In this document: one piece after another, positions 19,575 to 30,469 of the stretch
Layout of the letters: each line of letters starts with the position of its first letter
Numbering within the stretch: the stretch's first letter is position 1
DNA from: Ensifer sp.
GTDB lineage: Bacteria > Pseudomonadota > Alphaproteobacteria > Rhizobiales > Rhizobiaceae
Assembly: GCA_050301895.1 (NCBI GenBank)
Contig: JBNKZZ010000001.1
Coordinates: 34,656-98,655, forward strand
Reading direction: 5' to 3'
DNA: 64,000 bases
Program-made: the position numbers and the translations under genes
Notes under the pieces: model-generated
What the model was told of the DNA's origin: nothing
Databases searched by the model: none
Seen by the model: only the letters and a program-made list of their open reading frames with translations

Positions 19575-20873
19575 TCAGCTGTCTGCCCCAAAAACACCCT
19601 TGATGACGCGATCACCCTTTTTCCGGGTATCGGTTGCCATTGCCGGCTTGGCGTTCTCGCTCATGAAGTTGAGGATACGCGGGGCAATTTCCTTTCGGAA
19701 ACGCGAACCATTGAACACACCATAGTGGCCAACGTCTGGCTGCATATAGTGCAAACGCATGTTGTCGGGAATATTGGTGCAAATTGTCTGCGCTGCTTCG
19801 GTCTGACCGACACCTGAAATGTCGTCATTCTCGCCTTCAACTGTCATCAGCGCCACTGACTTGATCTTGGATGTATCCACCCGACGTCCGCGATGCATCA
19901 TCTCACCCTTTGGCAGGGAATGCTTGATGAACACCGTATCGACAGTCTGGAGATAGAACTCCGCCGTCAGATCCATGACTGCAAGATACTCGTCATAGAA
20001 TTCGCGGTGTTTCTCGGCAGAATCACCGTCATTCTTGACGAGGTGCATGAAGAAATCCTTCTGCGCGGTCATGTGACGATCGAGATTCATCGACATGAAG
20101 CCCGTGAGCTGCAAGAAACCAGGATATACGGGACGCATCATCCCTGGCTGTGGCCACGGAACCTGCATGATGACATTGTCTGCAAACCATTCGATGGGCT
20201 TGTTCTGTGCCAACTCGTTCACAGCAGTTGGCTTAATACGCGTGTCGATCGGACCGCCCATGAGGATCATAGAAGCTGGTGAGAAGGTTTCTTCGTCCTC
20301 CTCCATCACCGCGATGGCGGCCAAAACCGGCACTGAGGGCTGGCAGACTGCCATAACATGTGTGTCTGGTCCCAAAAATCGCATCATTTCAATAAGATAG
20401 TCGACAAAATCATCCAAATCGAATGTACCGTCAGTCAGCGGCACCATGCGTGCATCAACCCAATCTGTGATATAAATCTCCGCTGAGGGGAGCATTGTCT
20501 CCACGGTACCACGCAGCAAAGTTGCGTAGTGGCCGGACATAGGCGCAACCAGGAGAATCTTCGGGTCTGAACCATGATTGGGCGGCAAGACGCGCTCGAA
20601 GTGCTTCAATTCGCAGAATGGGCGCGACCAGACGGTCTTTTCATGTACGGAGACTTCAACGCCATCAATGGTGGTTTTATCAAGACCGAAATCCGGCTTG
20701 CCGTACCGCCGTGTCGCACGCTCAAAGACTTCGAAACCGGCGGCCATCGCACGGCCATAGGATGTATGGGCAACCGGATTGAGAGGATTGCGATAAGCCA
20801 TCCGCCACGCATCTGCGGCTGCCCGCCACGGCGCCATCATTGCGTGATTAAGCTCGTAGAATTGATAAAACAT
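19575..20873 (-). CDS. phaZ: Intracellular polyhydroxybutyrate depolymerase
   Basis: VAPMSGHYATLLRGTV, AVCQP (catalytic Cys), EGENDDISG and GHYGVFNG motifs; start MFYQFYE after AAGGA. Confidence 0.93.
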   Translation of the reverse strand: MFYQFYELNHAMMAPWRAAADAWRMAYRNPLNPVAHTSYGRAMAAGFEVFERATRRYGKPDFGLDKTTIDGVEVSVHEKTVWSRPFCELKHFERVLPPNHGSDPKILLVAPMSGHYATLLRGTVETMLPSAEIYITDWVDARMVPLTDGTFDLDDFVDYLIEMMRFLGPDTHVMAVCQPSVPVLAAIAVMEEDEETFSPASMILMGGPIDTRIKPTAVNELAQNKPIEWFADNVIMQVPWPQPGMMRPVYPGFLQLTGFMSMNLDRHMTAQKDFFMHLVKNDGDSAEKHREFYDEYLAVMDLTAEFYLQTVDTVFIKHSLPKGEMMHRGRRVDTSKIKSVALMTVEGENDDISGVGQTEAAQTICTNIPDNMRLHYMQPDVGHYGVFNGSRFRKEIAPRILNFMSENAKPAMATDTRKKGDRVIKGVFGADS

Positions 20874-21173
20874 CTGCGCATTCCTTGTTTTGTGCCGCTT
20901 ACGGGCATCTGTGCTGCGGCTCACGAGCAGCGCAACAAGATCAACTGATCTATGAAGGTAGCATGTTTTTTTGCAAAGCAGCAATAATTACATAGTTGCA
21001 CGTATTCAAATCCACTTTGCACTGCGCAAGTCTTTCAAATTTGCAGGCTTTTCAGCATTTGATACATTCAAGCATCCAACATCGCCCCATTGTGCAACAC
21101 AGCAAGTCTACCTATTTCAAGAGCTAAGCGCTGGAAGCCAGCGACCATTGCAATAAAATTGACAGGATTTGAA

Positions 21174-21773
21174 ATGACACTGGACAAAGCTAGACCGACA
21201 GATTTGCCAGTCGCCGGTATTTTCCGCGAACGCTGGTCACCGCGCGCATTTTCCTCAGAACGGATGCCCGAAGCTGACCTTCTGACAATTCTTGAGGCGG
21301 CACGATTCGCCCCATCAGCCAGTAACAGCCAGCCCTGGCGATTCGTCTACGCGATGCGCGACACGCCAGAATGGGAAAAGATGACGTCGGTGCTGATGGG
21401 GTTCAATAAAGAATGGGCGCCCAACGCCGCAGCCATGATCCTGGTCTATTCGTTGAGTGAATTTGTACCTACTGGCAGTGACGAGAAGAAGGGCTTCGCC
21501 TGGCATGCCTTTGACGCTGGCGCTGCCTGGATGTCCATTGCCCTGCAGGCGCACATGTTGGGCTATCACGCCCACGCCATGGGCGGCGTTGACCAGGAGA
21601 TGGCCCGCGACGTCTACCAGGCTCCGCCGCATGCTCACCTTCATGTCGCCGTAGCCATTGGTAGAAAGGGCGACAAAGCAACCCTGCCTGAAGCGCAACA
21701 ATCGCGCGAGCAGCATAGTTCCCGCCGACCTCTTAACGAGATCGCGGCAATGGGAAAGCTAATTTCTGAATAA
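21174..21773 (+). CDS. Nitroreductase family protein
   Basis: RWSPRAF, APSASNSQPWRF and FDAGAAW motifs. Confidence 0.9.
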   Translation: MTLDKARPTDLPVAGIFRERWSPRAFSSERMPEADLLTILEAARFAPSASNSQPWRFVYAMRDTPEWEKMTSVLMGFNKEWAPNAAAMILVYSLSEFVPTGSDEKKGFAWHAFDAGAAWMSIALQAHMLGYHAHAMGGVDQEMARDVYQAPPHAHLHVAVAIGRKGDKATLPEAQQSREQHSSRRPLNEIAAMGKLISE

Positions 21774-21797
21774 AAAAGGCCGCAATAGCGGCCTTTT
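21772..21797. terminator. Bidirectional terminator between nitroreductase and gyrB
   Basis: AAAAAAGGCCGC-AATA-GCGGCCTTTT. Confidence 0.85.
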
Positions 21798-21827
21798 CAT
21801 TCATTTCTGCATAGCAATCTGTCGGAC

Positions 21828-24263
<2,436 letters not shown>

Positions 24264-24475
24264 TTATTCCCGTCTTTCGTGATGCCCCGAACAATTTCAG
24301 GAAATTGGCTCCTGTGATACAATGCATACCACGAGCTGGGGCGCCTATGTGAAAAGAAGGTACATTTCGAATCATCTTCATTTTCACTGGCGACTATAGA
24401 TTTTTTGAGGTGCCTTTCAAAAGGCAAAGCGATTGTTTTCCCCGGAAACAAGTGCATTTTTGCAAGAATATGGGC

Positions 24476-24865
24476 TTATTTCTCACTCTTTTGCTGCGCT
24501 TGGTTCTCAGCCGCCTTCTCAATCAACTCAAGCATGGTTCGAACCGTTGTCAGATCAAGCTTGCCAATGTCTTTGGCAAGATGGTTTGCAAGCAGTGTAT
24601 ATTGCGGCGGAAGGCCGGATGTATCCACGACAACACGCGGATGAGATTGCCCGGCAATAGCGATCAGATTTTCCGCGTCATCCCAAATGATACCAAAATA
24701 ACCCGCTACTCTCTGCAGGAAATCGAAACTTGGAGTACCTCTCTTACCATGCTCCAATGCCGATAGATAGGCAGAGGAAACACCAAGTGCTTCTGCCATT
24801 TGTTTCTGGCTGATTCCACGCTCAGCGCGCATGCGGCGTATGACTTCGGCAAATGGTGTGGTCAT
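24476..24865 (-). CDS. XRE-family helix-turn-helix regulator
   Basis: SQKQMAEALGVSSAYLSALEHGKRG HTH. Confidence 0.9.
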   Translation of the reverse strand: MTTPFAEVIRRMRAERGISQKQMAEALGVSSAYLSALEHGKRGTPSFDFLQRVAGYFGIIWDDAENLIAIAGQSHPRVVVDTSGLPPQYTLLANHLAKDIGKLDLTTVRTMLELIEKAAENQAQQKSEK

Positions 24866-24870
24866 GACAG

Positions 24871-25422
24871 CTAGCCCGATCGGCGCGAAAGCCGCACATA
24901 TAATGCGCCCTCGCCCCCATGATTGCGTGCTGCTGCTTCATAGCCGGAAATCAAAAATCGAAACTCCGGTTTCGAAAACCACATGGGCACGGCACGTTTC
25001 AGTGCGCCATCGCTGCCCTGCGACGAACCCTTGCCCGTAATGACCAGAACGTGGCGCATACCCCTTTCATGCGCATGCACCAGAAATTGATGAAGCATCG
25101 CGTGTGCTTCGCTTTGAACAAGCCCGTGCAAATCGATACGAGCTTCAAGCGGCAAACGTCCCTTGGAGATTTTCCGCTTGACCGGTTTTTCAATTGGGTG
25201 ATGTGGCACGCTGGCCGGTTTGGTTTTCTTTTCAGACTTTTCAAGAATTGCGGAAAACTTAGGCGAGTCTCTATTTGCCTGATATTCCTCCGTATCGGCA
25301 TCAACCTCCAGCAAGGACTCAAAAGCTTCCAGTTCTGCCATGCGTCCTGGTAGCGCACGAACCGTGCGCGCGACCTTGCCCCATAGAACGCGATCCTGTG
25401 CTGAAAATTTTTCGTCCGGCAT
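24871..25422 (-). CDS. Smr/MutS2 C-terminal domain protein
   Basis: IDLHG, VLVITGKG and HGGEGALYV motifs; start may extend to 25437. Confidence 0.92.
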   Translation of the reverse strand: MPDEKFSAQDRVLWGKVARTVRALPGRMAELEAFESLLEVDADTEEYQANRDSPKFSAILEKSEKKTKPASVPHHPIEKPVKRKISKGRLPLEARIDLHGLVQSEAHAMLHQFLVHAHERGMRHVLVITGKGSSQGSDGALKRAVPMWFSKPEFRFLISGYEAAARNHGGEGALYVRLSRRSG

Positions 25423-25433
25423 TTCCGTTTGCC

Positions 25434-26543
25434 TCAATACCGCGCTGAAACCGTTCTGGGAATCAGTATATAGAAATTTGCGGCGTTGCGAACCGCTCCG
25501 GCCAATTCTCCGGCAAGCTCTCCTGTTCCTGTAAAAATGTCACCCCTTGCAGGACCCACAATGGCGGTACCCGTTTCCTGTGCCAGCATAAGCCGATTGA
25601 AGGGGCGACCTTCATCAAGCCGGGTGAGAGACGGGCTGGAAACATAAAAAGGCATGCCGAATGTGTGGATCAACCGATCAACCGCCAGAGAGCGACCGGG
25701 TGTAAGCTGCACTTTTGCCGCGGCCACCGGGCCAAGCGCCTCGTCTCCAACATCGACCGATGAAAAGAAAATGTAGGAGCGGTTATGCCAATAGACGTCG
25801 TCAGCCTGGTCAGGGTGACTGCGCAGCCAAGCCCGTATCGACTGCATGGAAATTTCTTCAAGAGCGATTTCACCTCTCTCAATCAATAGCTTTCCAATTG
25901 CTGAGAATGGATGACCTGCCTTGGCTGCATAGGTAATTCGATTCTTTGTCCCATCGCGGAAACGCAACAGGGCCGCACCTTGGACATGCGCAAAGAAAAC
26001 GTCTTCCTTTGATCGTGCCCATGCGATTTCCAGCTTTCTACCATCAAGGAAGCCTTGATCAATCTCACGACGATCCGGATACGCGACGATCCCGGCACTC
26101 GTGATGCGTCCAAATCTGTAGGATGGATCCAATTCAGCCGGTCGGTTGTCGTCGGTCAGATCTATGAGATCATCGGGACGACGGTAGAAAGGATAGCACC
26201 ATTCGCTATCAGGCTTGTCTGAGACTTCTACCTCGGGCTCGTAAAATGCCGTTACCAGCCCGTGCCTGTCTTCTGGAAGCTCGATGAGAAATGGCTCAAA
26301 ATGAGTTTCGAAAAACCCACGCGCTTCCGCAGCACTTCTTGAAGAAAACCGCTCTGCAGCGTCGAAGGCAATGGAAAGGTCTTCCACCGAAATACCCAGA
26401 CTGCCAGTCCGATAGGGCTTGACCTCACGCACGTACCGGGCTGATCGGCGCAATCCGTCGATCAGAGTTGTCGGATCATCATCACCCCAACCTGGCAGGT
26501 CTCGATAATGCGACCGGCGAAGGCTAAAGGCTGTTTCCATCAA
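25434..26543 (-). CDS. mltA: Lytic murein transglycosylase A
   Basis: VTAFYEP, FFAHVQG, SLAVD and AQETGTAI..ARGDIFTG (3D domain) motifs. Confidence 0.92.
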   Translation of the reverse strand: MMETAFSLRRSHYRDLPGWGDDDPTTLIDGLRRSARYVREVKPYRTGSLGISVEDLSIAFDAAERFSSRSAAEARGFFETHFEPFLIELPEDRHGLVTAFYEPEVEVSDKPDSEWCYPFYRRPDDLIDLTDDNRPAELDPSYRFGRITSAGIVAYPDRREIDQGFLDGRKLEIAWARSKEDVFFAHVQGAALLRFRDGTKNRITYAAKAGHPFSAIGKLLIERGEIALEEISMQSIRAWLRSHPDQADDVYWHNRSYIFFSSVDVGDEALGPVAAAKVQLTPGRSLAVDRLIHTFGMPFYVSSPSLTRLDEGRPFNRLMLAQETGTAIVGPARGDIFTGTGELAGELAGAVRNAANFYILIPRTVSARY

Positions 26544-27238
26544 TGCTCAGATTCTGTGGCGACCAGTTTCCAGTTTGGATCGCGGGACCGAATATCGCGG
26601 GAGAAGGTCCAGATATCTTTGACCTCCGCGACTTCGTCATCGCTGCCGTCAACCAGTTTGTTGTCCCGGTCATAGGTGGCGGAAATGAGCTGGCTGACAA
26701 TACGCATGGTGATGTTGGCTTCGGTGTCATTGACGCCCGCAACGACCATGTCGGCTTTTTCAATGCCGACAAAAGATGACTTCACCGTTTCGCCGGCAGC
26801 CTCACGGGCCTTCAGTGCGGCGTCAAATCCCTCATAGACCTCGCGAGACAGAAGGTTTTTCAAGGTGGCTTTGTCGCCATCGGCAAAAGCCATGACAATC
26901 ATTTCATAGGCCATGCGAGCGCCCTTGACGAACTCCTTCGGGCTGAAAGCGGGATCAGCGTCGATTATGGCGCGCAGGCCTTTGTTCAACTCTGTGTCCG
27001 GTTTTGCAAAATCATCTGCCAATGCGTAGGGGTTTGCATCTTCCATTTCGGAGCGCTGCTGCAGGGTAACAACCTTGCTTTCGGCGTCATGGTCGACCTC
27101 TGCCTGTTCTCTCATGGCATAGGGATCAAAGGGCGGCTTTTCATTTCCTGTGCGCCGTCCCAAGACATTTCGCAGTTGAAGAAAAATCAACACTGCCGCA
27201 ACCAGGAAAAAGAGAGTGACGAAATCGTTCGAGCCCAT
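26540..27238 (-). CDS. Tim44/TimA family adaptor protein
   Basis: LRNVLGRRTG, F..GARMAYEMI and DIWTFSR..DPNWKLVAT motifs. Confidence 0.92.
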   Translation of the reverse strand: MGSNDFVTLFFLVAAVLIFLQLRNVLGRRTGNEKPPFDPYAMREQAEVDHDAESKVVTLQQRSEMEDANPYALADDFAKPDTELNKGLRAIIDADPAFSPKEFVKGARMAYEMIVMAFADGDKATLKNLLSREVYEGFDAALKAREAAGETVKSSFVGIEKADMVVAGVNDTEANITMRIVSQLISATYDRDNKLVDGSDDEVAEVKDIWTFSRDIRSRDPNWKLVATESEH

Positions 27239-27342
27239 TTCAATCCAAACCGTTTGTTTGTCTTTATTTCATACCCATATAGTGCTGAAAGGTTTCGCAT
27301 TCAAACCCCGAATGCCAACACTTGGAAGATGAAAGATTAAAG

Positions 27343-27876
27343 ATGCGATTTTCCCTGGTGCCGTTTTTCCTGCTTGTCATACCGATTTTGGAAATCGCGG
27401 CGTTTATCTTGATCGGGCAACGCATCGGCGTATTTGCCGTTTTGGGCCTGGTGTTCCTGACTGCCGGCCTCGGCTCAATCCTGTTGCGCGTTCAGGGTAT
27501 GGGTATACTTCAAAGACTGACGACTGAGAGCCAGGCGGGCCGCGTGCCTGCCCGCGAACTGGTGCATGGCGGCATGATATTCGTTGCTGGAATTTTGCTG
27601 ATCACGCCGGGTTTTGTAACAGATTCGCTGGGCTTTCTGCTCTTTGTTCCAGCTTTTCGCGACGTTGCCTGGTCCTTCATAAAAGGTCGATTTACCGCCG
27701 TACACGTTGGCGGCGCAAACTTTGGATCGGGCTTTGATACCCGCGATAGCGAACCTGCCTTCAAAGACGGTGTTGTCGATCTTGACCCGTCAGACTTTTC
27801 AAGAGAAGCAGATCCCAACTCGCCCTGGGCGGATGATAATCATCCAACAACCGGAAACGACCACAAACCGCTATAG
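27343..27876 (+). CDS. fxsA: FxsA family membrane protein
   Basis: PILEIA and LLITPGFVTDSLG motifs; upstream of secB. Confidence 0.9.
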   Translation: MRFSLVPFFLLVIPILEIAAFILIGQRIGVFAVLGLVFLTAGLGSILLRVQGMGILQRLTTESQAGRVPARELVHGGMIFVAGILLITPGFVTDSLGFLLFVPAFRDVAWSFIKGRFTAVHVGGANFGSGFDTRDSEPAFKDGVVDLDPSDFSREADPNSPWADDNHPTTGNDHKPL

Positions 27877-27950
27877 GCCAAGGGTTGTAAGCCAGAGGCT
27901 TAAATGATAGACCGCCCCGCAACCAAAGCAATTCCTGCAAGGAGAGCCTG

Positions 27951-28445
27951 ATGGCTGATGAATCAAATACCAATGGCGCACAGAACACGCAGGCGCCGTC
28001 CCTCAACATTCTCGCTCAGTATGTGAAGGATCTCTCCTTCGAAAACCCAGGCGCACCGCAGTCTCTGCAGAGCCGCGAAAAGCCGCCAGCGATCAATATC
28101 AATGTGAACGTGAATGCCAATCCACTCGCTGGAAACGACTTCGACGTTGTGTTGATGCTGAATGCTGAAGCCAAGGATGGCGACAAGGTTCTCTTCAATG
28201 TTGAGTTGACCTATGGCGGTGTCTTCCGTCTCGCAAACTTCCCACAGGAACACATGCTGCCGATGCTCTTCGTCGAGTGCCCGCGCATGCTCTTCCCATT
28301 TGCACGCCAAATCGTTTCTGAAGTAACGCGTAATGGTGGCTTCCCGCCTTTGATGGTCGACCCAATCGACTTCGGGCAGATGTTCGCGCAGCGTATGGCA
28401 GAAGAACAGGCCAAGGCGAAGTTGCAGCAGCCGACACCGAACTAA
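27951..28445 (+). CDS. secB: Protein-export chaperone SecB
   Basis: [17 protein letters not shown] and GGFPPL motifs. Confidence 0.97.
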   Translation: MADESNTNGAQNTQAPSLNILAQYVKDLSFENPGAPQSLQSREKPPAININVNVNANPLAGNDFDVVLMLNAEAKDGDKVLFNVELTYGGVFRLANFPQEHMLPMLFVECPRMLFPFARQIVSEVTRNGGFPPLMVDPIDFGQMFAQRMAEEQAKAKLQQPTPN

Positions 28446-28468
28446 GCACTTCTTCTTTTAGAATTGTG

Positions 28469-28492
28469 AAGGGCCGCTCGCGCGGCCCTTTT
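28469..28492. terminator. Terminator between secB and dnaQ
   Basis: AAGGGCCGC-TCGC-GCGGCCCTTTT. Confidence 0.8.
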
Positions 28493-29186
28493 ATTTGTTG
28501 TATTTTCTCCAGACCGCTTTTTCGCCGATCGCCTCAATCATCGCTGCATGGGCTGCCGCTTCCGTGCTCGTGATCAAGGGCGGCAGAGGCTTCGGCCTTT
28601 GGAGTGTTTGCAGATTGCCTTCATCCGAGCTGCCGCCTGCTTGGCCAGCGAGACCACCGAAACCGAGACTGGCCTGACGACCGCCACTCATTTCGATGTA
28701 AACTTCGGCAAGCAACTCGGAGTCCAGCAAGGCGCCGTGCTTGGTGCGGTGCGAATTGTCGATGCCATATCGGCGACAAAGTGCGTCCAGTGAATTTGGG
28801 CCCATCGGGTTTTTCCGACGCGCAATCGACAGGGTATCGATAACCAGGGAATCGGCGATCGGCGGTTGTCCCAGCCGCGCAAATTCTGCGTTGATGAACC
28901 CCATATCGAAGCTGGCATTATGGGCGACCCATTTTGCGCCTTCGAAAAAGGCCAGGATTTCCTCGGCGACGTCCTCGAAGCGGGGCTTGTCTTTCAGAAA
29001 CTCATCGGTGATTCCATGGACTGCGAGAGCGTCAGGATGGACCTTGCGATCACCAGGATTCATATAGAGATGTATTGTTCGACCGGTCGGAAAATGGTTT
29101 TCGAGTTCCACTCCCCCAATTTCGATAATGCGGTCTTCATCGGCATGAAGCCCGGTCGTTTCCGTGTCGAAGATGATTTCCCGCAT
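28491..29186 (-). CDS. dnaQ: DNA polymerase III epsilon subunit
   Basis: FDTETTG, AHNASFD and HGALLDSELLAEVY exonuclease motifs. Confidence 0.97.
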   Translation of the reverse strand: MREIIFDTETTGLHADEDRIIEIGGVELENHFPTGRTIHLYMNPGDRKVHPDALAVHGITDEFLKDKPRFEDVAEEILAFFEGAKWVAHNASFDMGFINAEFARLGQPPIADSLVIDTLSIARRKNPMGPNSLDALCRRYGIDNSHRTKHGALLDSELLAEVYIEMSGGRQASLGFGGLAGQAGGSSDEGNLQTLQRPKPLPPLITSTEAAAHAAMIEAIGEKAVWRKYNK

Positions 29187-29785
29187 TATGCTTCTGCTCC
29201 TGCCCGCTGGTTCAGCTTGTCAATTATCTCTTGAACTTGCCGTCTGGCATCATCAATCCCCTTTGAGGAATCAACGATGAAATCTGCTCGTTTCCGCTTC
29301 TCGTGATCCGGGACCTGGCGGGACTTGATCAACTCAAACTTCTCCGCAGTCATGCCAGGACGTGCCAAGACTCGTTTCTTCTGTGTGGCTTCATCACAAC
29401 TCACCACAATGACGACGTCAACGCGGCTCTCCCCGCCCGTTTCGAAAAGCAGTGGAATGTCGAGGATAACGAATGGTCTCTTCATCGCACGTTGCGCACG
29501 TAGAAACGCTTCTTCTTTTTCGCGGACCAATGGATGAACTATAGACTCCAGCTCGGAAAATCGCTCCGGCTTGGCTGCCAGTATGGACCCAAGCTTCTGC
29601 CGATCAACTGCACCATTTTCAGTGCTGCCTGGAAAAGCTCTTTCAATGAGTGCAACCGCCTCGTCTTCATAAAGATCGTGGACGACCTTATCCGCGTCGT
29701 TGACGGGAACACCCGCCTCTTCGAACATCCGGGCGGTGGTCGATTTGCCCATACCAATGGAACCTGTCAGGCCGACAATAATCAT
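29186..29785 (-). CDS. coaE: Dephospho-CoA kinase
   Basis: MIIVGLTGSIGMGKST and DIPLLFE motifs; AAGGAG RBS before ATG 29785. Confidence 0.96.
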   Translation of the reverse strand: MIIVGLTGSIGMGKSTTARMFEEAGVPVNDADKVVHDLYEDEAVALIERAFPGSTENGAVDRQKLGSILAAKPERFSELESIVHPLVREKEEAFLRAQRAMKRPFVILDIPLLFETGGESRVDVVIVVSCDEATQKKRVLARPGMTAEKFELIKSRQVPDHEKRKRADFIVDSSKGIDDARRQVQEIIDKLNQRAGAEA

Positions 29786-29853
29786 CGTTGGTGGCTCCTT
29801 CTTGAGCACGGTCTGCTGCTTCACCAGGTTGGATGGTTACTATTTGTTAAGCA

Positions 29854-29869
29854 TGTTTCACGTGAATCA
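29854..29869. promoter_or_regulatory. parS site (1 mismatch)
   Basis: TGTTTCACGTGAATCA versus consensus TGTTTCACGTGAAACA; overlaps the maf stop codon. Confidence 0.85.
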
Positions 29870-30469
29870 TGAAACAATGATGCCCAGTTTTCTGAGGGCA
29901 TCAAGCAGTGGCAGCATCGGAAGCCCCAAAACAGTGAAGTAGTCACCGTCAATTTTATCGAAGAGCTGGATACCTACGCCTTCAAGCTGGTAGGCCCCAA
30001 CTGATTGCAAGACCGGTTTTCCAGCGAGTTTGAGATAGGTCTCCACAAAACCGGCATCAAAATGGCGAAATGTCATATGCGCAACTGACACATGCTCCCA
30101 TACAACGTCCTGGTCTCTTGATATAACGACAGCACTGTTGAGTTCATGAGTACGGCCCGCCATTGAGAGAATTTGCGTAGCAGCTTCTTCCTCGGACTGG
30201 CATTTGTGAAAGATCTCGCCGTCCATCGACATCGTCTGATCCGAGCCTATGACAAATGCGTCAGGCGTCTGTGCGCTAATGCTGAGTGCCTTTGCGCGCG
30301 CCAGCTGAAGCGCAATGTTTGCGGGATCTTTTGCGTCAGGCTCCAGGGCGGCCTCGACAGCCCGTTCATCTATTCGTGCTGCTTGCACATCGAATGTCAG
30401 TCCAGCATTCTCCATCAGCTGTCTTCGAAAGGGAGATGCCGATCCAAGGATCAGTTTTTCTGTGCGCAT
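29867..30469 (-). CDS. maf: Maf family nucleotide pyrophosphatase
   Basis: ILGSASPFRR, IGSDQ, VGAYQLEG and GDYFTVLGLP motifs. Confidence 0.94.
   Translation of the reverse strand: MRTEKLILGSASPFRRQLMENAGLTFDVQAARIDERAVEAALEPDAKDPANIALQLARAKALSISAQTPDAFVIGSDQTMSMDGEIFHKCQSEEEAATQILSMAGRTHELNSAVVISRDQDVVWEHVSVAHMTFRHFDAGFVETYLKLAGKPVLQSVGAYQLEGVGIQLFDKIDGDYFTVLGLPMLPLLDALRKLGIIVS

Noticed and set aside
19543-19577. IHF-like AATCAA-N4-TTA and an imperfect AT-rich palindrome after phaZ
   Set aside because: Short degenerate matches in AT-rich DNA; not an FNR/FixK box (TTGAT-N4-ATCAA fails)
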